A stretch of 64,000 bases of DNA from Heptranchias perlo (lineage: Eukaryota), in assembly GCF_035084215.1 (NCBI RefSeq), contig NC_090345.1, positions 33,542,001 through 33,606,000 of the forward strand. The letters run 5' to 3'. This document shows positions 36,680-50,689 of this stretch, piece by piece (the first letter of the stretch is position 1; every line of letters begins with the position of its first letter). The notes beneath the pieces are model-generated. The model was not told where the DNA came from and ran no database searches. It saw only the letters and a program-made list of their open reading frames with translations. The position numbers were made by a program, and so were the translations under genes.

Positions 36680-37648
36680 ACGCGTACTTTACTTCAGGGA
36701 TACTGAGCTCATTTGGAGAAAACCTCATTCAGCACAGAAGATCACTGGTGCTTGGTTCAGTATCTCTTTATCATCATCATCATCAAGAATCAACCTTTCA
36801 GAACCTTGTCTTAGCTGGGCAGGCACTCACATATCCTTAGGCAAACATTTTGACTGAACACTCAGATTAGTGTTGCGGCTAGTGAATTGTTCAACTTTTA
36901 ATTTAAAAAGTCAACAATCTGGGACATACAAACCTCCAGCATAAAGTCTAGTCCTCACTCATACATCCCATGATAGATTAATGTACAGTTTTGGGCAATC
37001 ACTCAAGTCTCAGCCAAGGATTTATACCCTGAAGCTAAAATGCTCAATTTATCTGAAGAACTATATTAAGTTAAGTATCTCCAATGAATGTCAAATTATT
37101 TCTACTCAATTAAATTACTTTTTCAAAATGTCATCTCTATTTATGTAAACTGTAATATGAAAGGCTTATACCTGGCATGTATCTGTAGAGCAAAAATTGT
37201 CCATAGGGCATGGGAAAATCTTTGATGTTCTTGTAAGGCACGAATAACTCTGATAGCTTAAATCTCACTGAAAACATTGGTTTTAAAATTCCTCGGCGGG
37301 GTGGGGGTGGGGGGGGGGGGGTGGTTCTGCTGGTTTCCCAGCGTAACTCCAAGAAAATAGGAGAGACTCGGTTGCATTGGGTCTCTGCCAGTTCCAGAAG
37401 TTTCCTAGTTACCTTGTAAGAGGAGGGATGCTGCGGCCCACTCAGCATTTTTAATATATAATAGATATGTTTTGAGTCATATTAAAAAAGATATTCAGGT
37501 GTAAAGAGGGTAGTAAAGGTGAACGTAGAAAAGGATGTTAGCATGATAAACATCATAATAGTAAACACGTGTTAAGCAGACAGTTAGAACTCAAAGGATA
37601 AAAGTCAGGGAGTAATTGAAGGTGAAGGGAAAATGGTGGAATTACTTA

Positions 37649-37817
37649 AGGTGGAACGTTCAACTCTGACTGGGGAGTAAAATGAGCTGTAGTGAATCGG
37701 CTTCCCATTGTACACCCCGCCCATTGACTTCAACGGAAAGGATAATTGGGGTGTATAACGGGCGGCCGATTAGCTACCACTTGTTTCACACCCCCACCGA
37801 ACTTGAAAGTTCCACCC
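37649..37817. mobile_element. Palindromic PIF/Harbinger MITE
   Basis: AGGTGGAACGTTCAA...TTGAAAGTTCCACCC with canonical TTA TSD (37646-37648 and 37818-37820). Confidence 0.8.
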
Positions 37818-37930
37818 TTAATGATTACCTTCCACAAGTATTCACTAGGGAGGAAAATATTGGTTTAATTTCCAATTATTATAGTATAATGAACATCAGA
37901 ATTTTGAAATCGGTCTGGAGGAAGTACTTA

Positions 37931-40103
37931 GAATCATAGAATGGTTACAGCACAGAAGGAGGCCGTTCAGCCCATTGAGCCTGTGCCGGCTCTTTGTAAG
38001 GGCAATCCAGTTAGTCCCATTCCCGCGCTCTTTCCCTGTAGCCCTGTAAATTTTTCCCTTCATGTATTTATCCAATTCCATTTTGAAAGCTACGATTGAA
38101 TCTGTTTCCACCACCCTTTCAGGCAGCGCTCTCCAGATCATAACTACTCGCTGTGTAAAAACATTTTTCCTCATGTCGCCTTTGGTTTTCCTCCCAATCA
38201 CCTTAAATCTGTGTCCTCTGGTTCTTGACCCTTCCGCCAATGGGAAGAGTTTCTCTTTATTTACTTTATCTAAACCCTTCATGATTTTGAACACTTCAAT
38301 CAAATCTCCTCTCAACCTTCTCTGCTCTAAGGAGAACAACACCAGCTTCTCCAGTCTATCCACGTAATTGAAGTCCGTCATCCCTGGAACCATTCTAGTA
38401 AATCTCTTCTGCACCTTCTTTAAGACCTTCACATCTTTCCTAAATTGTGGTGCTGAGAACTGAACACAATACTCCAGTTGTGGCCGAACCAATGTTTTAT
38501 AAAGGTTTGACATAACTTCCTTGCTTTTGTACTCTATGCCTCTATTTATGAAGCCAAGGATCCCCTATGTTTTTTTTAAAAATCGCTTTCTCAACCTGCC
38601 CTGCCACCTTCAACAATTTGTGCACATATACCCCCAGGCCTCTCTGTTCCTGTACCCCTTTTAGAATTGTACCATTTAGTTTATATTGCCTTTCCTCGTT
38701 CTTCCTGCCAAAATGTATCACTTCACACTTCTCTGCGTTAAATTTCATCTGCCAAGTGTCTGCCCATTCCACCAGCCTGTCTATATCCTCTTGAAGTCTA
38801 TCACTATCCTCCTCACTGTTTACTACACTTCCAAGTTTTGTGTCATCTGCAAATTTTGAAATTGTGCCCTGTACATCCAAGTCCAAGTCATTAATATACA
38901 TCAAAAAAAGCAATGGTCCTAGTACTGACCCCAAGGGAACACCACTGTATACCTTCATCCAGTCTGAAAAACAACTGTTCACCATTACTCTCTGTTTCCT
39001 GTCACTCAGCCAATTTCATATCCATGCTGCCACTGCCCCTTTTATTCTATGGGCTTCAATTTTTCTGACAAGCCTATTATGTGGCGCTTTATCAAACGCC
39101 TTTTGAAAGTCCATATACATATCAACCGCATTGCCCTCATCGACCCTCTCAGTTACCTCATCAAAAAACTCAATCGAGAAAGTTAAACACGATTTGCCTT
39201 CAACAAATCCATGCTGGCTTTCTTTTATTAATCCACACTTGTCCAAGTGACTGTTAACTTTGTCCCGGATTATCGTTTCTAAAAGCTTCCCTACCATCAA
39301 GGTTAAAGTGACTGGCCTGTAGTTGCCAGGTTTATCCTTACACCCTTTTTTGAACAAGGGTGTAACATTTGCAATTCTCCAGTCCTCTAGCACCACCCCC
39401 ATATCTAAGGAGGATTGGAAGATTATGGCCAACACCTCTGCAATTTCTACCCTAACTTCCCTCAGAAACCTAGGATGCATCCCATCCGGACTGGGTGATT
39501 TATCTACTTTAAGTACAGTTAGCCTTTCTAGTACCTCCTCTTTATCAATTTTTAGCCCATCCCATTTCTCAACTACCTCCTCTTTTACTGTGACTATGGC
39601 AGCATCTTCTTCCTTGGTAAAGACAGATGCAAAGTAGTCATTTATTACCTCAGCCATGCCCTCTGCCTCCTTTTTGGTCCCTAATCTGCCCACCCCTCCT
39701 CTTACTACAATTTTACATGCCTACAGAAGACTTTTGAATTCCCTTTTATATGTTAGCCACCAATCTATTCTCTTACTCTCTCTTTGACCCTCTTATTTCC
39801 TTTTTCACTTCTCCTCAGTACTTTCTAAATTCAGCCTGATTCTCACTTGTATGATCAACCTGACATCTGTCATACACCCCATTTTTCTGCTTCATTTTAC
39901 TCTCTCTCTCTCTCTCTCTCGACATCCAGGGAGCTCTAGCTTTGGTTGCCCTATTTTTCCCCCTCGTGGGAATGTACCTGAACCATCACCTCCTTAAAGG
40001 CCATCCGTTGCTCTATTACAGTTTATCTTTGATTCCAATTTACCCTGGTCAGATCCGTTCTTAACCCACTGAAATTGGCCCTCCTCCAATTAAGTATTTT
40101 TAC
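37931..40103 (-). mobile_element. 5'-truncated CR1 (2.2 kb, RT domain with frameshifts)
   Basis: ORF pieces 39016-39693, 38542-38985 and 37896-38513 (QHGF, DFQKAFD, FADD). Tail ctatgattcta. TSD TACTTA at 37925-37930 and 40104-40109. Confidence 0.92.
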
Positions 40104-41687
40104 TACTTATGGGTCTAACAAACCCCTGGCAAATAGTATATATCCTAGCGTGCTGAAGGGATGAAATTGGTGAGACAATTGCTGTAGGTATGAAAGATTC
40201 ATTGTGTCCTGGAGAGTTTCTGTAGACTTAACAGTGTAGAAACGCAATCCTGATATTTAAAAAGGAGGGTCAAATCTGACCTCAGGAACTACAAGCCCAG
40301 TAGCCTAACATCAATATCAGGGACGATGATGGAAACCTTACTTAGAATCAGGCTGCTTTTCCACCAGTTTAACAATAAACAGCCATCACCTATTTACAAA
40401 GGGAAGATCCTGTTCGACAAACCTCCTCATTAAGTGCGTCACAAGTAAGTAGTGTAATTTAATAAGTTTACTTGGGCTTCCAGAAAACCCTTGATAAGGT
40501 AATGCATGATAGTTACTAATAAAATTAAAATCTGTGGGTATCCAAGTAGAACTGGATAAGAAATTGAACAAGAAAAATAGGCAGAAGAGATCACTCATGA
40601 GAGGTGCCATGTCAGAAGAGAGAGAAGCTGAGTGGAGTGGATTTCTTATTTACATGCATGACCTAGTGGCAGAAAATAAATGATACTGAAATAGAGATTG
40701 CAGAAAAGGATAGAGGATGCAGTTAACATTTTGCAGAAAGATTTAGATCTGTTGCAATTGGGAAGACTAAAGCCAAACTAGAATTAATCATAGAATTCAT
40801 GGCAAAGTATTACTCAATGGGGAGGAATGAGCAATGTAGGTTTACAACAAAGTTAATAGAGTTACCACAGAGACTTTGAAAGAGAAAGTAGACTAAATCA
40901 GTTTCAATATTAATACAATGTGGAGTACCAATTAAAGGAACAAATAGCATTGTGGGATACATAGCTACAACAGTGAAGTTTGGGTCCACAAAAGTTATGC
41001 TGTGGCTTTGCAATACAATGATCAGTTATTATGAAGGAGATTCCGACCAGGTGAGGAACAATATTCAACTCAGGTACACAATCCCAATCTATATGTAGCA
41101 ACCCACCCATCCCCCCCTTCCCTACCACAAGACATACCCAGTACCCCTGTCCCCACACTTACCCGAGTGCTGGCTGACAACTTCTTCCCACCCTGGCGGG
41201 AAGTCAGACAGTGGCTTGGTAACGCGGCCCGACACTTAAAATTGCCAAGCCGTCATTCTGACATGGGAGGAGCGGAACGTTAACTCGCTAGCACTGTTTC
41301 CTGCTGGAAACTTGCTGCAAGTTAAAATTCACCTCATTGTAAACAAGGGGTTAATTATAATCACTCAGTGGTCACATGAATTGTTATCAATGACTTTTAT
41401 CATTTCCTATGAGCACCAAATAAATGGATGCTGGCTGACTAGGAAAACCAAATCCTCTGGGAGAATCTAATACATTACCTTTGTTAGCAGTTACTTCGCT
41501 ATTTTACAAATCTGAGTACATTCAACAAACTATACATAAATAAGAATTATTTTATTTTTCTAGACACCTCAGCTGGACACAGATACAGACTAGCTGATAA
41601 ATGTCCTTTAGCCTACCCACAATTATAATTTAGCTAGAGTCTCTTTAAAACACATCTATTTAAACAAAAAATATCTGCTGTGTCTCA

Positions 41688-41777
<90 letters not shown>

Positions 41778-42033
41778 CTATATAAATAACCAAACAGAAA
41801 CACAAGTCACTATAACACATTAATAGTATGCAAACAAAGCTTGTAAAAGCAATGCAATGCGTCAACAGAAAGTTTGATCTTATGAACATGTTGGGTTTAC
41901 CAGAGAAAATCTTAAAAAGGTCCTTTCAGGCGGTTCAGCAGCAGCTTGCTAACAAAGGATTTTTTGTTTATTCGATCATGAGATATGGCTCCCTCCCCTT
42001 AAATTTTTCCAGCTGTCCTTAATGGTTGTCGGA

Positions 42034-42845
42034 ATTTTTTTATTGGTTCATGGGATGTGGGCGTCGCTGGCAAGGCCAGCATTTATTGCCCATCCCTAAT
42101 TGCCCTTGAGAAGGTGATGATGAGCCGCCTTCTTGAACCGCTGCAGTCCGGGTGGTGAAGGTTCTCCCACACTGCTGTTAGGAAGGGAGTTCCAGGATTT
42201 TGACCCAGCGACGATGAAGGAAGGGCAATATATTTCCAAGTCAGGATGGTGTGTGACTTGGAGGGGAACGTGCAGGTGGTGTTGTTCCCATGTGCCTGCT
42301 GCCCTTATCCTTATAGGTGGTAGAGGTCGCGAGTTTGGGAGGTGCTGTCGAAGAAGCCTTGGCCAGTTGCTGCAGTGCATCCTGTGGATGGTACACACTG
42401 CATCCACAGTGCGCCGGTGGTGAAGGGAGTGAATGTTTAGGGTGGTGGATGGGGTGCTAATCAAGCAGGCTGCTTTGTCCTGGATGGTGTTGAGCTTCTT
42501 GAGTGTTGTTGGAGCTGCACTCATCCAGGCAAGTGGAGAGTATTCCATCACACTCCTGACTTGTGCCTTGTAGATGGTGGAAAGGCTTTGGGGAGTCAGG
42601 AGGTGAGTCACTCACCGCAGAATACCCACCCTCTGACCTGCTCTTGTGGCCACAGTATTTATGTGGCTGGTCCAGTTAAGTTTCTGGTCAATGGTGACCC
42701 CCACAATGTCAATGGTGGGGGATTCGGCGATGGTAATGCTGTTGAATGTCAAGGGGAGGTGGTTAGACTCTCTCTTGTTGGAGATGGTCATTGCCTGGCA
42801 CGAATGTTACTTGCCACTTATCAGTCCAAGCCTGGATGTTGTCCA
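42034..42845 (-). mobile_element. CR1/L2-group LINE (family B), 3' fragment
   Basis: Reverse complement of the family at 1-680 and 15748-16803. The poly-T marks the 3' tail. Confidence 0.88.
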
Positions 42846-43544
42846 TTGGTAGGACGTGACATGGCATAACACCCACAAACACCTACTGAATGAGCTCAGA
42901 GGGGAAGTCCTCTCCTCTCTTGCGAAGGGAGATAAAATGAAAGGCAAGTCACTCTGAACCTCTCACCTGAACCATAGTGGATGATGTGTGGGAGCAGAAA
43001 ATGGTGAGTCACATGAGGACATTAAAGAAAGAAGTAAAAATTAAATAAATTACAAAATGAGGGAGAGAAGGCTTTCTGCATTACAATTCTTTTTAAAAAG
43101 GCAATGTCTTCATGAAAAAGTACTGTGAAAACATTTTTTGTATGCAAGCAAGAAGATCTGTCATTTTTGTTTCAATGTGCTTTATATCATCCCAATATGT
43201 GTTGTAAACAAACAAAAACAAATGATTTGCCAACACTTTTTCATGAAGGCAGTGCCTTTTAAATATACCAATACTGCTACCTTGATGATAATAACTGTTG
43301 TATATTCATCATTTACAACACGACCCATATAACTTGGAGCTGGACCATCATGCTTAGACAAGTAATTATTGTAAACCACACAGTAAAATACATGAAGACA
43401 GCATGAAGTATACAGCATGAAGTGTAGTAATTATTGTTACACACATAAATTCCTAGTCTCCCAGAATCCATTCATCAAGAGCTGTCTGTCCCTGAAACCC
43501 TAAAACAAGGATGGTTCTATGGGCTAGTGTAGGATGAACAAGCC

Positions 43545-43860
43545 GTGGCTACTAGGGTACCTGCATGATCAAATGTTAATGGTCCGACACAGTTTGAACA
43601 CTGCACTGACTTATTTGACAGATGTTCCCTGTGACACTTTGAAAGTAGTCAGTAGCATAAAAGTTTAACACAATAGTCACCTTTACCACCACAGGCAGAG
43701 CTGTGCCAGGCCTGGAGCTGGATCCGAGGTCTTCTTTCAGAAGGTGACACAGATCCACTAGGAAAAAATAATCTGCAAAGACACAGCTTCTCAGACATTC
43801 CTAGGAAGCAGTGCTTTGGTCTGTAAATACTTATACTGGGATAGGGCCATGTTTGCTGCA
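43545..43860 (-). pseudogene. Harbinger transposase remnant
   Basis: DLCHLLKEDL..ALPVVVKVTIVLNFYATDYFQSVTGNICQISQ. Confidence 0.7.
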
Positions 43861-44489
43861 CTCTCTTGCAATGCAGATGCCCTAATCTGTTTCTGCTGGT
43901 AAAATTCCTTTTCAGGGTAGACAGAAACACACAGTTTGTGGTAATTGGAGGGGGGGCATTACAAACAAGGGGCCATAAATACAAGATTAAACATAAGATA
44001 TTTAGAACAAAAGGCAGCAGAAATGTCATCACACAGAGAGTTGTAAGCCTGTGGAATTCACTTCCAGAGTTAATAGTAACATCTAATTATTTCTCATCCT
44101 CCATCACTCCAAAAGCAAATGGTTTAAGAGAAACTGCCTAAGCCAGTAAAGGTGGCTGGATAGTTCAGGGTGTAAACTTATGTTTGTGGTTAAATACAGG
44201 AAGTTCCCTGACGGTTTCCCTTTGACCTGGAAATGTTTGTATGATTCACAGCTACATGTTGTGCACTAAGCTGGCTAATGAATACCAATCATGTTTTGAG
44301 GCTATGCAGTCTTTTCTACTTTATTACTAAATGGACACGATTAACATTAACTTAGACTGCTTGCATATACTCTCTTCTAATTGGATACTTCTAAGCTTGT
44401 AATTACCAGGAAGTAATTAGATTCAAAATTCAGTATCTGCTGCACTCAGCTTTCAGCCCGAACTGCCATCTTTCACTGTCTTCAAGCCA

Positions 44490-44718
44490 CCCCTTCCCCC
44501 CCTCCCCTCCCTCCCCCCCCCTCCCTCCCCCCCCCCTCCCTCCTCCCCCCCCTCCCTCCTCCCCCCCCTCCCTCCTCCCCCCCCTCCTCCTCCCCCCCCT
44601 CCCCTCCCTCCCCCCTCCCTCCCCCCCCCCCCCCCCTCCCTCCCCCCCCCTCCTCCTCCCCCCCCCCTCCTCCTCCCCCCCCCCTCCTCCTCCCCCCCCT
44701 CCCCTCCCCTCCCCTCCC
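44490..44718. repeat. C/T low-complexity tract ((CCCT)n/(CCT)n/poly-C)
   Basis: About 230 nt of only C and T on +, hence G-rich on the DNTT sense strand. Confidence 0.95.
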
Positions 44719-45439
44719 TGAATGTTACCTGCTGCCAGTCTCTCCCTCTCTCTCCTGGGATCTTCCTAGTTCTCCCACACCTGCTCCATGCTCTACTAAT
44801 TTTCTCAGGCCCCTTTTCTAACCCATGTCTGGAGTCCCATGCAAAGTCTTAAGTTAATTTTACTTCATTTTCTTAAATAAAAGGTATTTTGCAATTATCT
44901 CAGGATGTCTATGCAGGACCCTAGGCATATAGGACAACAGGAAGACGTAGGGTGGGGAAGAGTGAGCTTGGAACCCAAGGCCGGGAAGGGTGAGCCTGAT
45001 TGCTGGGAAGGAGAAAATAAAAGAGAACAAAAAGAACAAAAGAGGTGGAGGGAGCAAGCAGAAAGAAAAGCAGGACTGAAGATTGAGATAAAATTTAAAA
45101 GGAGAATAGCAGCAGGGAAAGGTAGAATGGGAAGATGAAAAGAATAAAGAGAAGCAAGAATAGAGAAAGGGATTAAATATGAAGAAATGAGAAGGAAAAA
45201 GAGGAAAAGCAAGGGGAAGAATCTTCAGGAGAAATTTTTTAAAAATAAAAGCAAAGATTTTCAAAAATTGAACTCTGGGGCAGGGTGCTGAGATTTTGCT
45301 GAATAGAACATGACTCAGTGCCGGCAATGAAATACATGTGAGATGAACTGGAGACCTGTGTAACTGCCTGCTGCAGGGGGGTAAAGCTTGTGGAGAAGCC
45401 ATGTCAGCTCTGCTTTCAGCTATTCAGGCCCTACACACT

Positions 45440-45622
45440 AAACAAAACCCTCCCTAAACCTACGTATCTTTCAACTCCCCTCCGCGCCTTTAAAAGCCTC
45501 CTCAAAACCTATTTTTTCCAATCGTTTCTCCTAATTCTTCAACTACTGCTCGGTCCTGCTTTAATGAAGTGCTACAGGACATTTTATTACATTAAATATG
45601 CTATATAAATGCAAGTTATTGT
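45440..45622 (+). mobile_element. L2 LINE 3' end
   Basis: ctccctaaacct...tttaaaagcctcctcaaaacct...gctatataaatgcaagttattgtt tail. Confidence 0.65.
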
Positions 45623-45819
45623 TACCTTACCCTACAATAACTCAGCTACATGCTACAGGGTGGTGTAGTTCCAAGTTCATACGCACTGCCAGTGCTGACA
45701 GTAGGAGCCTGGGGCTTATTATTAGTAGAAACATGGCACTGCTTAGTGTATCTGTGTCCCAGAACAACAAGTCCATTAGATCTATAGTCCAAGATCCTAC
45801 CAATATCAAATATGGGAAA

Positions 45820-46024
45820 ATTGTACAGAGTCGTACAACACCAGGTTATAGTCTAACAGCTTTATTTGAAATCACAAGCTTTCGGAGCTTTGCTCCTTCG
45901 TCACCTGACGAAGGAGCAAAGCTCTGAAAGCTTGTGATTTCAAATAAAGCTGTTGGACTATAACCTGGTGATGTACGACTCTGTACATTTGTCCACCCCA
46001 GTCCATCACCGGCATCTCCACATC
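45820..46024. mobile_element. Penelope-like terminal-repeat insert (second family): ~82-bp inverted arms plus tail
   Basis: Arms 45822-45903 and 45906-45987. Same tail motif as 25932-25965. TSD AAATATGGGAAA at 45808-45819 and 46025-46036. Confidence 0.85.
45901..45937 (+). ncRNA. Minimal type I hammerhead ribozyme (stem II closed by G.U)
   Basis: UCAC-CUGACGA-A-GGAGC(AAA)GCUCU-GAAA-GC-UU-GUGA. Confidence 0.65.
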
Positions 46025-48680
46025 AAATATGGGAAAGACACACTGCAGCACCACCGTTATTTTGCAACCTCGCCTTGACAATGGGAATCCCGCCGGAAAT
46101 TTGCTGTGCGTATGGGATGAACCCTGACCCAGGAAAATGGATCAGGCCTGGAGTGCCTGGAGGGAGGAATTCCCGCCCTGAAGAGGAGAATCTCGCCAAT
46201 TGACACCGTACACAGATGCCTCAGCAATGTGCTGCCAATCTCTCAAACTCGGAAAAGCAACCCCACCAATTCAAGTGGCATTTTTATTTTTCATACACTT
46301 TGTTCTCATTGGCCCTCATTTGAAATTCGTCTCACTGATACTTGAGTGGAGATATAAACCCACTTAAAATAAATGGGTTAATGTCTCTATTGAATAGTAG
46401 AGAAAGTATGCTTAATGTGTTTTAAACACGTTAAGCATTCGAAGCAGGTATCCCATGGTGTAATTTCAGGGTTTGTTGTCTCTCAGATGAAGGTAACAAA
46501 TTTAATGCATTTAGTGATATTTTGGGGCTATCTTTGCATCACACCCATTATGAACTCAGTTGAAACTAGTTAAGATCCCTAAAGAGCAATGTTACTGCAT
46601 TGATGAATTTCTGGATTAAATTCCTGGAACGAGCAGAAAGAGTATGTTTCAAAAGCTCTACTGCAATTATAAGTTCAAACTGCAGCAGATGCTGTAGATA
46701 AGATGGCATAACAACAATTTGCAACAAAACACAACTGTAACAAGAACAGATGTCTCATTAAATCAATGCTAGTGGTTACTTGGAAAACAGGAAGTCTTGG
46801 AAAAATTGGACTGGCCTACCAACGGGCAAGTGACAGATTTCACATATTCAAAGGGATGCTCCAGTAACTCTGCTTCAACAAATGATGATTAACTCTGCAT
46901 TTGAACTTCCGAATACAAGGGACATAATAACAAGAGCAGCTTTGTATGGATGAGAGTTCATAGGTACAAGAAACAGCGTAAGAAGCTTTGCTGCTGCTAT
47001 TATGTACAGCCCTTTTTCTACTGATGCCAAATGCCAACTGCCGTTGCAGCAACTATTTTGCAGGTTTTGCTTAAGTGCTAGCAACTCTTATGGTACTACC
47101 GTAGTTACAATTTTGTAGAGAACTGACTGTTCCATGTAACATCTACTGGTGTAGTAGATGATGCATGGAAATTTACCTTCAGTAAGTCAATAGGCTGCGT
47201 GACCTTTGACCGTACTGAGTCAAATATTCCATCATTGGGTTGGTACAGATTTTGTAGGATGCTTAAGTTACCAACAGGAAGGCTTTCCTTTATTGTAATA
47301 TACCATCTTTTCCATCTTTGCTATTTATTTGCCTTTGTGTAGATATGGTTTACCAGTCAAAAGCCTGAATATTTGTAATCAATGAGAGTTTGCAAGCTTT
47401 ATAAAGTAGGATTAGGTGGGCAATATTACGGTGACAAACATGCTGCCTTGGTATTCTCAATAGTGAAAATAACATACCATTTTTCCATCCATTGTCCAAT
47501 TCTTTCTGTTTTTACTCAGGATAATTTAGTTGCCCAATGATTTTTTAGATGGAATTAAATATTCTGTAGAAGGTGGGCTGCGACTGGGGTCCGGACTCCC
47601 ACAGATGAGGGAAATTTTGTTTTAAATATAAAAGGGGGCCACAGGGGGCAACTTCTTTTTATTTCCAGGGAAGCTGCCCAGCAAACCGCCAACCCCCTGC
47701 CCCGGCCAGCCACGCTACAGGGCCCCTTCTTGTGCAGCGTTGTCCCAGATGCATTCCCCGAGGCGGGAAAAAGCCCACTTTATGTGGCTCCACACCTCTT
47801 GATCTTGTGCACTTCAGCAGGGTCAACAACAGCAGCGGCAGCGAAGGGTGGGTGCACTCAGCGCTTAAGCCTGGATGTGCCCACTTGCAGATTTTTGTGT
47901 TCTCTTTCTATTTCTGAAGCTGAATTTGTGGCCAACTGGCACGTTGTTCTTGTTAATGGAAATGTTGCAGCAGCTCTTCATTCCCACAGCTTCTGTAAAC
48001 CTTGACACAGTTTAATGGACTTCAAACTTCAATGTATCTTTTTGATTTTCTTCTCTTTGCTAAAGTATCAGGTGCGGTATCATGCCCTCTTGCACTGACC
48101 CAGGTGATGTTTGTGGTGTGAGTGGAAGGTCGCCTAATTAGCATGGAGCAGACAGGTGCAAGTGTCACTACGGGTGCATCTCTGGTGCCCGCCTACCCCA
48201 TGCAGCTAGCAACTCCAGCCTCTGTCCCTACCCCAGCGCTGTCCTCAGTGTGGGATCCAATCAGTATTTTTTTTTAAATCTTACTTTTATTCATACCTGG
48301 CCTGAACCTCATTGGCGGGGCACACATCTGCTCTTGTGGAGACCAGTACCCTTCACCTCTCCTGTGAACTGCCCCTAAACTAATACACCAGGTCCCAGTC
48401 AAGCCTAAGGAGCAGGAACTCCCAGGGTAGGGCATCCCAGCACCACTGCCTCTCCCTTGCCACCATTTGTCTTGACAAAGGAAACCAGGAAACTCCCAGA
48501 AGCAGTGGAGACCTGCCAAAAACAGGTCTCCACCATTTTCCTGCAGGGTCCCCCGATCTCCCCCAGACTTGCAGCAAGAGACTGTTGGAAGCCCTGAGGA
48601 ATTACGGGGTTTCAGTGTCAAAGTAAAATATTACTGCCATGGGACAGATGTGATCAATGACACAATAACCTCACCTTATT

Positions 48681-48766
48681 TTTCAAATAAAACTGTTGGA
48701 CTATAACCTGGTGTTGTAAGATTCCTTACATTTGTCCACCCCAGTCCATCACCGGCATCTCCACAT
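48681..48766 (+). mobile_element. Penelope-like tail fragment (no ribozyme core); a CR1 tail follows at about 48785-48915
   Basis: caaataaaactgttggactataacctggtgttg...ccccagtccatcaccggcatctccacat. Confidence 0.75.
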
Positions 48767-49084
48767 TATTGCTGATTGTATCATCAGATTTTCTATGATT
48801 CTATCGGACCAAATACGGGAAAGTGGGATTAGGCTGGGTGGCTCGTTTCTCAGCCAGCGCTGACACAATGGGCCGAATGGCCTCCTTCAATGCCGTAAAT
48901 TTTCTATGATTCTATCGGACATATTTTAATTTATTAACCCAGTAAAGCACATTGCAAGGTATTTTAACAGAGGGTATTTGCCTTTAACAATTAGATGAAT
49001 TCATTAGATCCCCTTCTTTTTTGTCATGGAAAAATGCATTGGAGATCGACCTGGTCACATCCATGATCGCTCAATATTGGCCGG

Positions 49085-49215
49085 GACAATTCCCCTGCTC
49101 TTCCTTGAAATAATGCCATGGAATATTTTGCATCCACTTGAAAGGGCAGACAGGGCCTCAGTTTAACGTCTCATCCGAAAGACGGCACCTCCGACAGCGT
49201 AGCACTCCCTCAGTA
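49085..49215 (-). mobile_element. DeuSINE core fragment
   Basis: gtttaacgtctcatccgaaagacggcacctccgacag..gcactccctcagtact is the reverse complement of the Deu-domain. Confidence 0.75.
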
Positions 49216-50689
49216 CTTAATATTGCAACAATAAAGCTACTTCTGGCATCTGACTAGCTTTATTTTATTATTTTTTTTGACTAGCTTTATTACTGTAATA
49301 ATTGTCCGGGTAATTCCTCGGAGCTCCTCCCACTTTGCCGGCGTTACTTCGTCGGTAGTGTGGTGGAATCCCTGTTTACACGAGGTTGCACCTTCAAAGT
49401 GAAAGCAGTTCCAAGGACTTTCCTGGTCAATGTTTACTTCAGCTAAAAAGTTACAAACTGGTTAACCTAGGGAGGCAGCAATCTGAACGTTAAAACAACC
49501 TGTGCATTTGATGTAGGGAAGCATGTCTTTTCTGTTTATTACCCGAGCTTAGTCTTTATTGAGTGTTGCCATGTTAGTTCTTTTTATGTTTTCTCAAACA
49601 AGAAACCAAGCAGGTCGCTATGATATCTATAAAATGATAGCTACTTGGAACATGATGCTTGACATTATGACTGTAGTACATATTATTATATTTAGGTTCA
49701 TAATTTCATATCTTCAGATTTATGTTTGTATCTACATTAGTGACTATGGTTAAACAAAGGGTTAATAATAATTGCCCAAATTACTCTGGCATGGTAATCT
49801 GAAAACAGAAGATTCTCTCACGTCCATCCAGCCAAGCTAAAGTCTGCATAATTAGAGATCTACAGCTGCCTGTACCTCCTGCCACAAAAGCTTCAGTCAC
49901 ACTCTCGAGGTGCCTGTAATGGTTACATTGAGAATTTAACATTAAAATAAGCAGTTCCACAGCTCAGAATTCTCAAAGACAGCATTTCACTATTTCACAC
50001 CTACAGTATGTAAAACACAGCTACCTTAATTTCTGGCATTAATTTGCATAAGATTATGTAGGAATTTTTGGTGGGACTGTTCTTTGGGACCTGAAAACCT
50101 TAAAATATTGAAAATCGGCAAAATAAAAATAAACTCATATCTGTTTTAAATTAGAGCTGATTCCCCGATGACATGCTCATGGAACATTCCACCAGTGCCC
50201 ACCCACCCCACTCCGAGCACACAAGCCCTGCAGATTCAGAAATGTAGGCCTGAGCACACATGGTGCTGAACTCCCAGTTCCACAGAAGATAATTAATTTT
50301 TTTGAGGCCATGCTTCAAGTGTGCGTTGGCGTCATTACTGCCCCCAAAATTATTGTAATTATGCAGATTGGTTCAATAATGCGTCTCCCTGTGGTCTTTT
50401 GCAGCAGAGCTCTTCATTTGCTGAGTGCCCATTTAAAAAGGCCAGTGGGAGGCCTCCGTGGTGTTTTCTGTGGAACAATACTACTTAAAGCTAGGTTGTC
50501 TGATTTGTGATACTTGGATTCTTCCTGCTATTTATGCCAAGCTGTACTTTGAGCATTATAACTAATGCAATATTTTTTCTTCTACTTGCTGTTGTTTTCT
50601 GTGTTCAGCACTCCTTTGTTTCACACCTCCAGCAACAGCATTCTAGTTGCCACTGGTTGAAAGTCATGACTACAAGCTCAGTGCTCAGC

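Larger units (their letters stand above)
37480..41000 (+). mobile_element. Old degenerate CR1 ORF2 remnant hosting two younger insertions
   Basis: MVELLN|DY..QVFTREE split by a MITE. It resumes after 40104 with IYPSVLK, DLRNYKPSSLTSI, FTKGRSCSTNL. Confidence 0.6.

Noticed and set aside
9841-41000. A complete EAPP gene
   Set aside because: No exon encoding LLHGTPDQKRKL, NCPACMTTLCLDCQR or QYRAMFVMNC was found on the + strand, so no gene symbol was assigned.
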